Below, piece after piece: positions 10,787 to 25,750 of a DNA stretch of 64,000 bases (position 1 is its first letter; each line of letters starts with the position of its first letter). The stretch spans positions 215,698,001 to 215,762,000 of the forward strand of contig OZ024740.1 of the NCBI GenBank assembly GCA_964016885.1. Reading direction: 5' to 3'. This DNA is from Eledone cirrhosa. Taxonomy: Eukaryota. Under the pieces are notes generated by a model. The model ran no database searches. It had not been told where the DNA came from and worked only from the letters and a program-made list of their open reading frames with translations. The translations under genes and the position numbers were made by a program.

Positions 10787-12860
10787 TACACATACACACA
10801 ATACACATACACACAATACACATACACACAATACACATACACATAATACACATACACACAACACACATACACACAACACACAATACACATACACACAACA
10901 CACATACACACAACACACATACACACAATACACATACACACAACACACATACACACAATACACATACACACAATACACATACACACAATACACATACACA
11001 TAATACACATACACACAACACACATACACACAACACACAATACACATACACACAACACACATACACACAACACACATACACACAATACACATACACACAA
11101 CACACATACACACAATACACATACACACAATACACATACACACAATACACATACACACATACACACAATACACAGACACACACCACACATACACACAATA
11201 CACACAACACACATACACACAACACACATACATACACACAACACACATACACACAATACACATACACACAACACACATACACACAATACACATACACACA
11301 ACACACAATACACATACACACAACACACATACACACAATACACATACACACAATACACATACACACAATACACATACACACAACACACATACACACAATA
11401 CACATACACACAACACACATACACACAACACACATACACACAACACACATACACACAACACACATACACACAACACACATACACACAACACACATACACA
11501 CAACACACATACACACAATACACACACACAAGAGACATACACACAATACACATACACACAATACACATACACACATACACACAATACACATACACACAAT
11601 ACACATACACACAATACACATACACACAATACACATACACACAATACACACGACACACAATACACACAACACACATACACACAACACACATACACACAAT
11701 ACTCCAACACACATACACACAATACACATACACACAACACACACACACAATACTCATACACACAACACACAATACACACAACACACATACACACATACAC
11801 ACACACACACACACACAACACACATACACACAACACACATACACACAATACACATACACACAATACACACACAACACACATACACACAACACACATACAC
11901 ACAATACACATACACACAATGCACATACACACAACACACATACACACACCACACATACACACATACACACAATACACACAACACACATACACATACACAC
12001 ACTATACACATACACACAATACACATACACACAATGCACATACACACAACATACATACACATACACACACCACACATACACACAACACACATACACACAA
12101 CACACATACACACAACACACATACACACAACACACATACACACAATACACATACACACAACATACGTACACACACACACACAACACACATACACATACAC
12201 ACAACATGCTCACACACACAAATGCACACAAATACACTGCACACACATATACACACATGCATGTACACAATATATGCACATACACATACACTCACACATA
12301 CACAACATATGCGCACACACATACACATGCACTCACACACACAACACATACACAACATATGCTCACACACAACACATGCTCATACACACACACAACACGT
12401 ACACACACATATACACACAACACGTACACACACACAACACACACATACAACATACACACACACAACACAACACAACACACACACACAACACATGTACACA
12501 CGACACATGCACACACCACACACACACAACACACACACCCAACACACACACCACACACACACACCACACAACAGACACAACACAACACGCACTCACCACA
12601 CATGCACACACCACATACACACAACACACACAGACACACCACCCACACATGCACACACCATACACACAAACACCCCCCACACACACAACACACACATATT
12701 ATACAGACATACAAATTTATACTAATTAACTGTGAGTTATATAAATATATGCAACCTCACACACATAAACACATACAAACCTGCATGCATAGACATACAC
12801 AAATAAATACTTACACACACATACACACTCACACATACACAACCACACAAACATCCATAC
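10787..12860. repeat. CA-rich satellite; 15-bp unit ACACATACACACAAY decaying to degenerate (CA)n
   Basis: Direct inspection. Confidence 0.95.
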
Positions 12861-12879
12861 AAAAGAAAACTCCATTATT

Positions 12880-13180
12880 TTACATCTAGATACGATGAAA
12901 AACTCAGAGCTGTATGGGAGCCTCCAAAAGTCAGCTCAAAAGTAGCAGAGAGGAGACTAAGGTAAACTGGACATCCAGAGTTGACATTGCATTCAGTGCT
13001 CCTGTGGGAGCCCATATATGGACAGACTGGAAGAGGAAGACCGAGGTTGACGTATGTTGATGCCCCAAGGACAGACACTGGTCTGTTGGAGACGCAAGAC
13101 ATGGCAGCAATAATGAGGGACAGACACCGCTGGAGAGAACTCGTCCATGGATCTTGGGAATTTTACCCACGCTAGAATAG
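12880..13180 (+). mobile_element. Degraded 3' fragment of a second RTE-like family
   Basis: Encodes RRLR...SVLLWEP..G.GRGRPRLTYVD...MRDRHRWRELV, a typical RTE C-terminus. Resembles 29620-30067. Confidence 0.6.
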
Positions 13181-15907
13181 AATACTACAGCTACACATAT
13201 ACATACTATAGCTACACATCTACATACTATAGCTACACATATACATACTATAGCTACACATATACATACTATAGCTACACATATACATACTACAGCTACA
13301 TATACATACTATAGCTACATATATACATACTATAGCTACACATATACATACTATAGCTACATATATACATACTATAGCTACATATATACATACTATAGCT
13401 ACAGATATACATACTATAGCTACATATATACATACTATAGCTACACATCTACATACTATAGCTACACATATACATACTACAGCTACACATATACATACTA
13501 TAGCTACACATATACATACTACAGCTACACATATACATACTATAGCTACACATATACATACTACAGCTACATATACATACTATAGCTACATATATACATA
13601 CTATAGCTACACATATACATACTATAGCTACACATATACATACTATAGCTACATATATACATACTATAGCTACAGATATACATACTATAGCTACATATAT
13701 ACATACTATAGCTACACATCTACATACTATAGCTACATATATACATACTATAGCTACACATATACATACTATAGCTACATATATACATACTATAGCTACA
13801 CATATACATACTATAGCTACACATATACATACTATAGCTACACATATACATACTATAGCTACACATATACATACTATAGCTACACATATACATACTATAG
13901 CTACATATATACATACTATAGCTACAGATATACATACTATAGCTACATATATACATACTATAGCTACACATATACATACTATAGCTACATATATACATAC
14001 TATAGTTACACATATACATACTATAGCTACATATATACATACTATAGCTACATATACATACTATAGCTACACATATACATACTATAGCTACACATATACA
14101 TACTATAGCTACATATATACATACTATAGCTACACATATACATACTATAGCTACACATATACATACTATAGCTACACATATACATACTATAGCTACACAT
14201 TACATACTATAGCTACATATATACATACTATAGCTACATATATACATACTATAGCTACACATATATACTATAGCTACACATATACATACTATAGCTACAC
14301 ATATACATACTATAGCTACACATATACATACTATAGCTACATATATATACATACTATAGTTACACATATACATACTATAGCTACATATATACATACTACA
14401 GCTACATATATACATACTATAGCTACATATACATACTATAGCTCCACATATACATACTATAGCTACATATATATATACTATTGCTACATATATACATACT
14501 ATAGCTACATATACATAGTATAGCTACATATATACATACTATTGCTACATATATACATACTATAGCTACATATATACATACTATAGCTACACATATACAT
14601 ACTATTGCTACATATATACATACTATAGCTACATATATATACATACTATAGTTACATATATACATACTATAGCTACACATATACAGACTACAGTTACATA
14701 TATACATACTATAGCTACATATATACATACTATAGCTACACATATACATACTATAGCTACAGATATACATACTATAGCTACATATATACATACTACAGCT
14801 ACATATATACATACTATAGCTACACATCTACATACTACAGCTACACATATACATACTATAGCTACACATATACATACTATAGCTACACATATACATACTA
14901 TAGCTACACATATACATACTATAGCTACACATATACATACTATAGCTACATATATACATACTATAGCTACACATATACATACTATAGCTACATATATACA
15001 TACTATAGCTACACATATACATACTATAGCTACACATATACATACTATAGCTACATATATACACACTATAGCTATATATATACTTACTATAGCTACACAT
15101 ATACATACTATAGCTACATATATACATACTATAGCTACATATATACATACTATAGTTACATATATACATACTATAGCTACACATCTACATACTACAGCTA
15201 CACATATACATACTATAGCTACACATATTTACTATACCTACATATATACATACTATAGCTACATATATACATACTATAGTTACATATATACCTACTATAG
15301 CTACACATCTACATACTACAGCTACACATATACATACTATAGCTACACATATACATACTATAGCTACACATACATACTATAGCTACACATATACATACTC
15401 TAGCTACATATATACATACTATAGCTACATATATACATACTATAAGCTACATATATACATACTATAGCTACACATATACAAACTATAGCTACACATATGC
15501 ATACTATAGCTACACATATACATACTATAGCTACACATATACATACTATAGTTACATATATACATACTACAGCTACACATATATACTATAGCTACACATA
15601 TACCTACTTTAGCTACATATAGATATACTATAGTTACATATATACATACTACAGCTACATATACATACTATAGCTACATATACATACTATAGCTACATAT
15701 ACATACTATAGCTACATATATATACTATAGCTACACATATACATACTATAGCTACACATACATACTATAGCTACATCTATATACATACTATAGCTACACA
15801 TATACATACTACAGCTACACATATACATACTATAGCTACATATACATACTATAGCTACATATATATACACACTATAGCTATATATATACTTACTATAGCT
15901 ACACATA

Positions 15908-16298
15908 TAATAATAATAATAATAATGAAATTATTGTGTACAGTGCTCAGGTGCACTACAACTCATCAAAGGTGCATGTATAGTACATAGAATAATGTAC
16001 AAATGTCAGGAAAATAAACAGTGTATGAGTCATGATATAATAACAATAACGAAATATTGTGCACAGTGCCCAGGTGCACCACAACTCATCAAAAAAGTGC
16101 ATGTACAGTACATAGGGCAATGCACAAACATCAGTAAAATGAACAGTGCACGAGTCATGATACACACATGTGTGCATGTGTATGGAAGGGGTACATCAGG
16201 TGTAGTTTTGGCGTATTTTGGGAAGCATGAGTGTCTTAAAGGATGCAGTGTCTCGGCAGCTAACAATTGACGCAGGCAGTTTGTTCCATGCTTCAGCA
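15908..16298 (-). mobile_element. CR1-like LINE 3' fragment inside the minisatellite
   Basis: Homologous to 1245-1515, with a (TAA)n tail and an internally duplicated terminal segment. Confidence 0.85.
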
Positions 16299-17502
16299 TA
16301 CTATAGCTACATATATACATACTACAGCTACATATATACATACTATAGCTACACATATACATACTATAGCTACACATATACATACTATAGCTACATATGT
16401 ACATACTACAGCTACATATATACATACTATAGCTACATATATACATACTACAGCTACATATATACATACTATAGCTACACATATACATACTATAGCTACA
16501 TATATACATACTATAGCTACACATATACATACTATAGCTCCATATCTACATACTATAGCTACATATATACATACAACAGCTACATGTACATACTATAGCT
16601 ACATCTACATACTACAGCTACACATATACATACTACAGCTACACATATACATACTATAGCTACACATATACATACTATAGCTACATATATACATACTATA
16701 GCTACATATATACATACTACAGCTACATATATACATACTACAGCTACACATATACATACTATAGCTACACATATACATACTATAGCTATATATACATACT
16801 ATAGCTACATATATACATACTATAGCTACATATATACATACTATAGCTACATATACATACTATAGCTACATATACATACTATAGCTACATTTACATACTA
16901 TAGCTACATAGACATACTATAGCTACATATATACATACTACAGTTACATATATATATACTACAGCTACACACATACATACTATAGCTACACATATACATA
17001 CTATAGCTACATATATACATACTACAGCTACACATATACATACTATAGCTATATATACATACTATAGCTACATATATACATAATATAGCTACACATATAA
17101 ATACTATAGCTACACATATACATACTATAGCTACACATATACATACTATAGCTACACATATACATACTATAGCTACATATATACATACTATAGCTACATA
17201 TATACATACTATAGCTACATCTACATACTATAGCTACACATATACATACTATAGCTACATATATACATACTATAGCTACACATATACATACTATAGCTAC
17301 ATATATATATATATACTATAGCTACATATATATACATACTATAGCTACATATATATACATACTATAGCTACATCTACATACTATTGCTACATATATACAT
17401 ACTATAGCTACATATATACACACATACATACTATAGCTACATATATACATACTATAGCTACATATATACATACTACAGCTACACACATACATACTATAGC
17501 TA

Positions 17503-18143
17503 CATCATCATCATCATCATCATCGTTTAACGTCTATCTTCCACGCTTGCATGGGTTTGGACGGGAGGTTTCCCACTTGAGGCAAGATTTGTTGTCCTGC
17601 TCGTATAGGACTGTCTGGCGGGTTTTCTACGGCTGGATGCCCTTCCTAACACCAACCACATTTACAGTGTGGACTGGGAGGTTTTTAACGTGTTACCTAC
17701 ACGGCCAAATTACAGCGTCGACTGTGTGTTTTTTTGTCGTGACACCTACACGACCTCATTTGTTTCGGACTGGATGTCGTGGTACCAACATAACTTCACA
17801 TTTAAGAGGGTGGTGTGAGTGAGTGGGGGTAGTGGGACGGGGGTGGGTGGGTGGTGTATTTTGTTAGAGGTGCCTACAGACTGTAGTAGGTTTCGCTTTG
17901 TACTTAGGCAAGGCGGGTCTTCTGTATTACTGTGTAGCGCCAAAGCTCTCGGTCCAGTGACATTGTCTTGGAGAGGTGTAAGTGTGTGAGGTCGAAATTT
18001 ATCAAGTCGTCCCAGGTTTTTCTGGGTCTGCCTACTCCGTGGCTACCGTCTACTTTTATCGCCCTGCACTTTTTTATACAGCTGTCGTCTTTCATGCGCA
18101 TCACGTGTCCATACCAACGTAGTCTTCTTTCGAGTAAACAACA
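17503..18143 (-). mobile_element. RTE LINE 3' fragment inside the minisatellite
   Basis: Encodes CCLLERRLRWYGHVMRMKDD...GRPRKTW, followed by the 3'UTR and (GAT)n tail. Confidence 0.9.
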
Positions 18144-20686
18144 TATATACATACTATAGCTATATATATATACTATAGCTACACATCTACATACTATAGC
18201 TACACATATACATACTACAGCTACACATATACATACTACAGCTACACATATACATACTACAGCTACACATATACATACTACAGCTACATATATACATACT
18301 ATAGCTACACATATATATATACTATAGCTACATATATACATACTATAGCTACATATATACATACTATAGCTACATATATACTTACTATAGCTACACATAT
18401 ACAGACTACAGTTACATATATACATACTACAGCTACATATATATCCATACTATATCTACATATATACATACTACAGCTACACATATATACATACTATATC
18501 TACATATATCCATACTATAGCTACATATATACATACTATATCTACATATATCCATACTATAGCTACATATACATACTACTTCTACACATATACATACTAT
18601 AGCTACATATATACATACTATAGCTACATATATACATACTATAGCTACATATATACATACTATAGCTACATATATACATACTACAGCTACACATATACAT
18701 ACTATAGCTACATATATACATACTATAGCTACAGATATACATACTATAGCTACATATATACATACTATAGCTACACATCTACATACTATAGCTACATATA
18801 TACATACTATAGCTACATATATACATACTACAGCTACACATATACATACTATAGCTACATATATACATACTATAGCTACATATATACATACTATAGCTAC
18901 ATATATAAATACTATAGCTACATATATACATACTATAGCTACATATATACATACTACAGCTACACATATACATACTATAGCTACATATCTACATACTACA
19001 GCTACATATATACATACTATAGCTACACATATACATACTACAGCTACATATACATACTATAGCTACATATATACATACTACAGCTACATATATACATACT
19101 ATAGTTACATATATACATACTACAGCTACATATATACATACTATAGCTACATATATACATACTATAGCTACATATACATACTATAGCTACACATATACAT
19201 ACTATAGCTACATATATACATACTACAGCTACATATATACATACTACAGCTACATATATACATACTATAGCTACATATATACATACTATAGCTACATATA
19301 TACATACTACAGCTACATATATACATACTACAGCTACACATATACATACTATAGCTACATATATACATACTATAGCTACATATATACATACTATAGCTAC
19401 ATATATACATACTATAGCTACATATATACATACTATAGCTATATATACATACTATAGCTACACATACATACTATAGCTACACATACATACTATAGCTACA
19501 CATATACATACTATAGCTACACATATACATACTATAGCTACACATATACATACTATAGCTACACATATACATACTATAGCTACACATATACATACTATAG
19601 CTACACATATACATACTACAGCTACACATATACATACTATAGCTACATATATACATACTACAGCTACACATATACATACTATAGCTACATATATACATAC
19701 TATAGCTACATATATACATACTATAGCTACATATATACATACTACAGCTACATATATACATACTACAGCTACATATATACATACTATAGCTACATATACA
19801 TACTATAGCTACACATATACATACTATAGCTACATATATACATACTACAGCTACATATATACATACTACAGCTACATATATACATACTATAGCTACATAT
19901 ATACATACTACAGCTACATATATACATACTATAGCTACATATATACATACTATAGCTACACATATACATACTATAGCTACACATATACATACTATAGCTA
20001 CATATATACATACTATAGCTACATATATACATACTATAGCTACATATATACATACTACAGCTACATATATACATACTATAGCTACACATATACATACTAT
20101 AGCTACATATATACATACTATAGCTACATATATACATACTACAGCTACATATATACATACTACAGCTACATATATACATACTATAGCTACATTTATACAT
20201 ACTATAGCTACATATATACATACTACAGCTACATTTATACATACTATAGCTACATATATACATACTACAGCTACATATATACATACTATAGCTACATATA
20301 TACATACTATAGCTACACATATACATACTATAGCTACATATATACATACTACAGCTACATTTATACATACTATAGCTACATATATACATACTACAGCTAC
20401 ATATATACATACTATAGCTACACATATACATACTATAGCTACATATATACATACTATAGCTACATATATACATACTATAGCTACATATATACATACTACA
20501 GCTACATATATACATACTACAGCTACATTTATACATACTATAGCTACATATATACATACTACAGCTACATTTATACATACTATAGCTACATATATACATA
20601 CTATAGCTACATATATACATACTACAGCTACATTTATACATTAAACCATTGAACCTGAACCACTGAGTATTGTTTTTATGGAATTT

Positions 20687-21352
20687 CATCTGGAGACCAG
20701 TTTAGTCTAATTGATGACAATTACATCTGGAGAGCAGTTTAGTCTAGTTGATGACAATTACATCTGGAGAGTAGTTTAGTCTAGTTGATGACAATTACAA
20801 CTGGAGACTAATTTGGTCTAGTTGATGACAATTACATCTGGAGAGCAGTTTAGTCCAGTTGATGACAATTACATCTGGAGAGTAGTTAAGTCTAGTTGAT
20901 GACAATTACATCTGGAGAGCAGTTTAGTCTAGTTGATGACAATTACATCTGGAGAGTAGTTTAGTCTAGTTGATGACAATTACAACTGGAGACTAATTTG
21001 GTCTAGTTGATGACAATTACATCTGGAGAGCAGTTTAGTCCAGTTGATGACAATTACATCTGGAGAGCAGTTAAGTCTAGTTGATGACAATTACATCTGG
21101 AGAGCAGTTTAGTCTAGTTGATGACAATTACATCTGGAGAGCAGTTTAGTCTAGTTGATGACAATTACATCTGGAGAGCAGTTTAGTCTAGTTGATGACA
21201 ATTACATCTGGAGAGCAGTTTAGTCCAGTTGATGACAATTACATCTGTAGAGCAGTTTAGTCTAGTTGATGACAATTACATCTGGAGAGCAGTTTAGTCT
21301 AGTTGATGACAATTACATCTGGAGACCAATTTACTCCAGTTGTTAACAATTA
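20687..21352. repeat. 37-bp minisatellite, 18 units
   Basis: CATCTGGAGAGCAGTTTAGTCTAGTTGATGACAATTA, starting at 20687, 20724, 20761 ... 21316. Confidence 0.95.
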
Positions 21353-21470
21353 ATAGACAATATATTTTCCCTTCGTTTATTTCTGCCTTGAAGGAAAACT
21401 TCTATTTTATCTTCTGTAAATGTTCAGAATTGAATCCCATTGTGGATGTTATATCAAATTATTATTGTTA

Positions 21471-21662
21471 TGGTGGATTGGCAATATCGGTAGAGGGTCG
21501 GATGCCATGCTTTGAAGCATAGAGTTACCTCCCTGTATGATCTGAGTTCAAATCCCGCCGAGGTTAACTTTGCCTTTCATCCTTCCGGGGTCGATAAAGT
21601 AAAGTACCAGTAATGCACTGGGGTAATTGCTGGCCTTGTGCCAAAAGTAGAAACAATTATTG
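21471..21662 (+). mobile_element. tRNA-derived SINE (same family as 6807)
   Basis: Same head, core and tail sequence. Confidence 0.85.
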
Positions 21663-21664
21663 TT

Positions 21665-21940
21665 ATCAGATAGAATGCTTTGTGGTTTTTGTTTCAGCTC
21701 TCTGCTTTCTGAGTTCAAATCCTGCTATGGTCAACATTATCTTTCATCCATTCCAGGTCAATAAAAAAAAGTACCAGTCTAGTACTGGGGTCTATTCTGC
21801 CTCTTTCCCCCTTCTTCTCTCTCACTCTCTCTTCCTTCTCTGGAAGAATTCTGGAGAACGATGGGCCCCAGCAGGTTTTAAAATGCCCTAGAAATGCTGT
21901 AAGTCAACACAGCACCCCTATGACTCCTTCAAGAGTTACG
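21665..21940 (+). mobile_element. Older SINE subfamily with a distinct tail
   Basis: B box gagttcaaatcc, core ctttcatcc...aagtaccag, CT-rich tract, tail aaatgccctagaaatgctgt...gagttac. An inverted relative lies at 31619-31935. Confidence 0.65.
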
Positions 21941-24397
21941 GGACCATCCATCCATCCACAACATTCTGATTATCTACCAATACCTGAGACTATAATTTCT
22001 GAAAGTGAAGATTCTACTATCTACCTGAAACAAAATGGAAGCAACTATAATGTGATTCTGTGTGTGTCAGCTAGTTGAGAGGGTGTATACAAGATAGATA
22101 GAGTTGTGTGTGTAGGGTTACCATTATCTCCATACATGTATGCAATATATATAGTTGTATATATGTGTGTGTGTATGTAAGTTCACCATTGTGTATATAT
22201 GACTATCTACTACAAATAGGTGTATATGTATGGGTGTGTTTGAGGGGGGGGGGGGTTACTTTCACCATTGTGTATGTATGGGTCTATACAAATCATATAG
22301 ATGTATATATATATAGCTTTACCAACATGTATATATGGATGTATGTATATAATACAAATAGATGAATATATATATATATGTGTAGGTGTACCAACATCTA
22401 TATATGAATGTATGTACACAATACAAATAGATGTTTATAGATGTGTATGTGTGTATATAGATTTACCAACATCTATGTATGGATGTATGTATACAATACA
22501 AATAGATGTTTATATGTGTGTGTGTGTGTGTAGCTTTACCAACATCTATATCATCTATATATGGATGTATGTATATAATACAAATAGATGTTTATATGTG
22601 TGTGTGCATTTATGTACATAATACAGATAGATGAATGTATATGTATATGTAGGTTTACCATCCACACTATTGTGTATGTGTTGGTATATATAATATTGAA
22701 ATACAATGTAAAGCAATGTTGGTTTGCTGGAATATTCCTTTGTCCAATGTCAGTGTTCTTTCAATGTTGTCGTTACCGGCTGCTTTCTTAGCATGTGTCT
22801 ACAAGCATCTCTGTGAGCCAATCATGCATGCACCGATAAGATTGATTCTGCAATCCCTGCAGACAACAGTGAATATTTGCTTCTTACATCAGTGGGAATC
22901 GACATCTGCGAGAGTTTGTCACGATATATTAATGCAAAACATAGTTTTGTTGGTCAACAGTAGTTAACTAGGCACATCAATAATGCATTGCTGCATTTTT
23001 AGGTCTTAAGAATTGGTCAGAAGCCATTTGTCTCCACATTGAAATATTTTTCCTGCTGCCAATAATAAATCCTACTCTATCTAGTGCAGATGCATTAATC
23101 AGTAATTTATTTTACCATTCCAAATGTATGCATCTATGAAATGTGCATTTCCTCTACATATTATATTAAATACATAAGTTTTAACACACACTCACACTCT
23201 CCTTTTTTCTTCATTATTTTTATTTCTGGTGATTTCTGCAGCCATTTATTGGAATGCTGCTAAAAAAGAAATTACTCTAAGAATTAAAGATTTATTCCCA
23301 AGTCTTGAATAATTGCCCCCACCACCACTTATTACTTTTCCAGATTCTCTCCCTCTCCCCGCCGCTTATTAAATTTTGCTAATCTATCTTTGGCAAAATT
23401 TTATTTAAAGTGGTAGCATTCCTGCGACAATTAATTTTCTTTAGACATTAAAAAACATTATACTTGACAAAAAAAAGTGCATTACTCAAAATCTCATACG
23501 TTATAAAATAAATACGATGAGCTGAGGTCTCAATATGTAAACTAAACGACTAATTCTGTTTTTTTTTTAAATCAACGGAGACAACTTAGAAACATTACCG
23601 CGCTTATTCCACCACCACCCCTCCTCTATTATTTGGGACCTGAGATTATTTCCTACTGGACGTCCCATTTCCTCTCACCCTAATGTTAAATACTTCACTA
23701 TGAAGTCAGTAATCATTAATTTCAGTTTGTCAGAAGAAAATAGAAACAATTTAAAAACAAACATAAAAGATCTTCCCTGCATCCAATATGCCCATATCAC
23801 TGATTGGAGGATATTACTGGAGAAGTAAGCAGGAGGTTATACACAAGCTTCTATTGTGGGGACCCAGTCAGAGGAGATGCAAGAGAGGAAGACCTGCTTG
23901 AACATTCATTGATCAATTCTCATATTATAGAAACATCAGTAGGGAGTTGTTGCCAGGAGCAATGGAAAATCGTGAATTTTAGAGAGACTTTGTCGGGAAT
24001 GATCAACTGTGGTCACAATGATGATGATGTTATTCTGATCCTTTTGAAAATAATCAAAAATTTAAAGGGATTTAGAAATATCACTTTCTCATTATTTACT
24101 TGGGGTTTAGAACATAATTTCCTTAATATTATTACATAAAATCATGATGGAAGGTAAGTAGATAAATATAAATATATTGAAATGAATAGTTTTAGATCCA
24201 AGAACCAAGGGTGGTTTCGGGCAGTTTGGTATCAAAAGAGTTAAACCAAGAATGCATGAGACATTTCACTTAATTTCAAACATTTTGGCCAGTAGTTCAA
24301 AGATCAAACTAGTCACTACACTAAACAAATAAACTGAAATTTGAATAGTTTTCATGAAACCAAACCAGCTAATCATTTCATGCTCTTTATTTTTCAG

Positions 24398-24512
24398 GAT
24401 GTTAGATTCCCTTGGCAAGATACGTTTGTTAGATGTTGGCAGTTGTTTCAACCCATTCTTGCAGTTTGAAGAATTTTTGGCTGTTGGGATTGATATTTCT
24501 CCAGCAAAGTCT
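24398..24512 (+). CDS. SAMTOR: SAMTOR/BMT2 (S-adenosylmethionine sensor upstream of mTORC1), internal coding exon
   Basis: Acceptor tttatttttcag ends at 24397 and donor gtaagt starts at 24513. After 1 phase nucleotide it reads [38 protein letters not shown], matching recalled human C7orf60 [27 protein letters not shown] (class I methyltransferase motif I). Absent from the ORF track because it is short. Confidence 0.93.
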
Positions 24513-24592
24513 GTAAGTTAGAAAGTATTCCCAATATGAAACCTAAAATCTATCTCCAATATATATTTATACATTTAGTATACTCTTATGAG

Positions 24593-24623
<31 letters not shown>

Positions 24624-24929
24624 AGATATAGTGTATGTGTGCAAGTCAGCCAACCATATATGTGTCTGTGCATGTGTTTACATGTGTACTTAGATACATA
24701 CGTATGTATATGAATACAACAACCAGTCTGTAAAGACCTCTTATAATTCAGTATTTGTGTTTGATTTATACAATTTCCTTTCCATAAGATACTCATATAT
24801 GACAGGTAAGTTTCCTAAAGAACTCTTTACCTGTGTTGCCAACAGCTAGGTAAACTAGGTTAACATAGGCCTGTATTGCTCACAGCTAAATGAATTGTAT
24901 TGCCCAGAGCTAGATGAACTGAGTTAACA

Positions 24930-25132
24930 TATAAGAGTGAGCTGAAAAATTTGTTTAGTTGACTATAAAGGAATGATGCTAGGGCTGTGAAATCTTGCAT
25001 ACATTAATTGCAACTCTTCTTATTAATAACTGCATTGTTTCTTTCTTGGGACTATGTTGAAAACTAAACCTCATTTAGTCATTCCATGAGAGTATCTTGG
25101 TCAGCTTATGAACTTTTCAGCTGACCCTTGTA
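24930..25132 (-). mobile_element. Mariner-type MITE
   Basis: Ends ...aacttttcagctgacccttg|TA. Reverse-complement homologue of 45044-45234. Confidence 0.75.
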
Positions 25133-25143
25133 TCATCATCATC

Positions 25144-25193
<50 letters not shown>

Positions 25194-25750
25194 TATGTGT
25201 GTATATATGTGTGTATATATATATATATATAGTCTCTCTGTTGACCACTGGCCACTGATCTCTGTTCTCTGAGGCATAAATGCCCATCGTTGTCTTTAAC
25301 AGCACTTAACTGTTTTAGTGTTTGTTCTAGCAATGAATTTTATCATTTTTATGTTTTCAAATACACTCTCACTTCATCTCGATCAGAGATAGCATTATTT
25401 AAAAAAGTAATGACTTTATCTATATTCCTCAGTGAATATATCACCAAGTTGCCAGTATGTTCTGAGAATGTCAGATAGTGCTGTTTCAAGATTTGTTAAT
25501 CTTCCATCAGTGACACTCACTCAGAATGTACCCTATGACTATGAAGGACTAGTGTCTTAAACGTAAAGACACTTTTCCAACTATATCAAGCATTAAACTA
25601 ATATATATTTCTTCATTGTACTGTATTGTTTTCTGTGTTGATACTGTTTATTTTGTTGCACACAAACACATACATACACACACATATGCATATATATATA
25701 TAAATATACGCATATACATGCATATATGTATAAATATACGCATATACATA

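Larger units (their letters stand above)
13182..20641. repeat. ~7.4-kb 21-bp minisatellite TACATACTA(T/C)AGCTACA(C/T)ATA with two LINE insertions
   Basis: Unit is directly visible, with 19- and 23-bp slippage variants. Source of the MYICSYS-type ORFs. Confidence 0.97.

Noticed and set aside
8701-20689. Long low-complexity ORFs (poly-V/M, G/D, CV, HT, MYICSYS; up to 648 aa)
   Set aside because: They are translations of micro/minisatellites that are open in several frames and strands, with no splice or domain evidence.
20687-21352. 37-bp repeats as a CRISPR array
   Set aside because: Units are directly adjacent with no unique spacers, there are no cas genes, and the context is eukaryotic.
22690-23150. 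Complex non-repetitive stretch that looks coding-like
   Set aside because: Frames are short and I recognise no motif; needs BLASTx or RepeatMasker.
23804-24160. ORF 23804..24139 and the AAG|gtaagt donor at ~24154 as an upstream SAMTOR exon
   Set aside because: No similarity to SAMTOR, and the required frame has a TAA five codons before the donor. Possibly a decayed LINE remnant, unproven.
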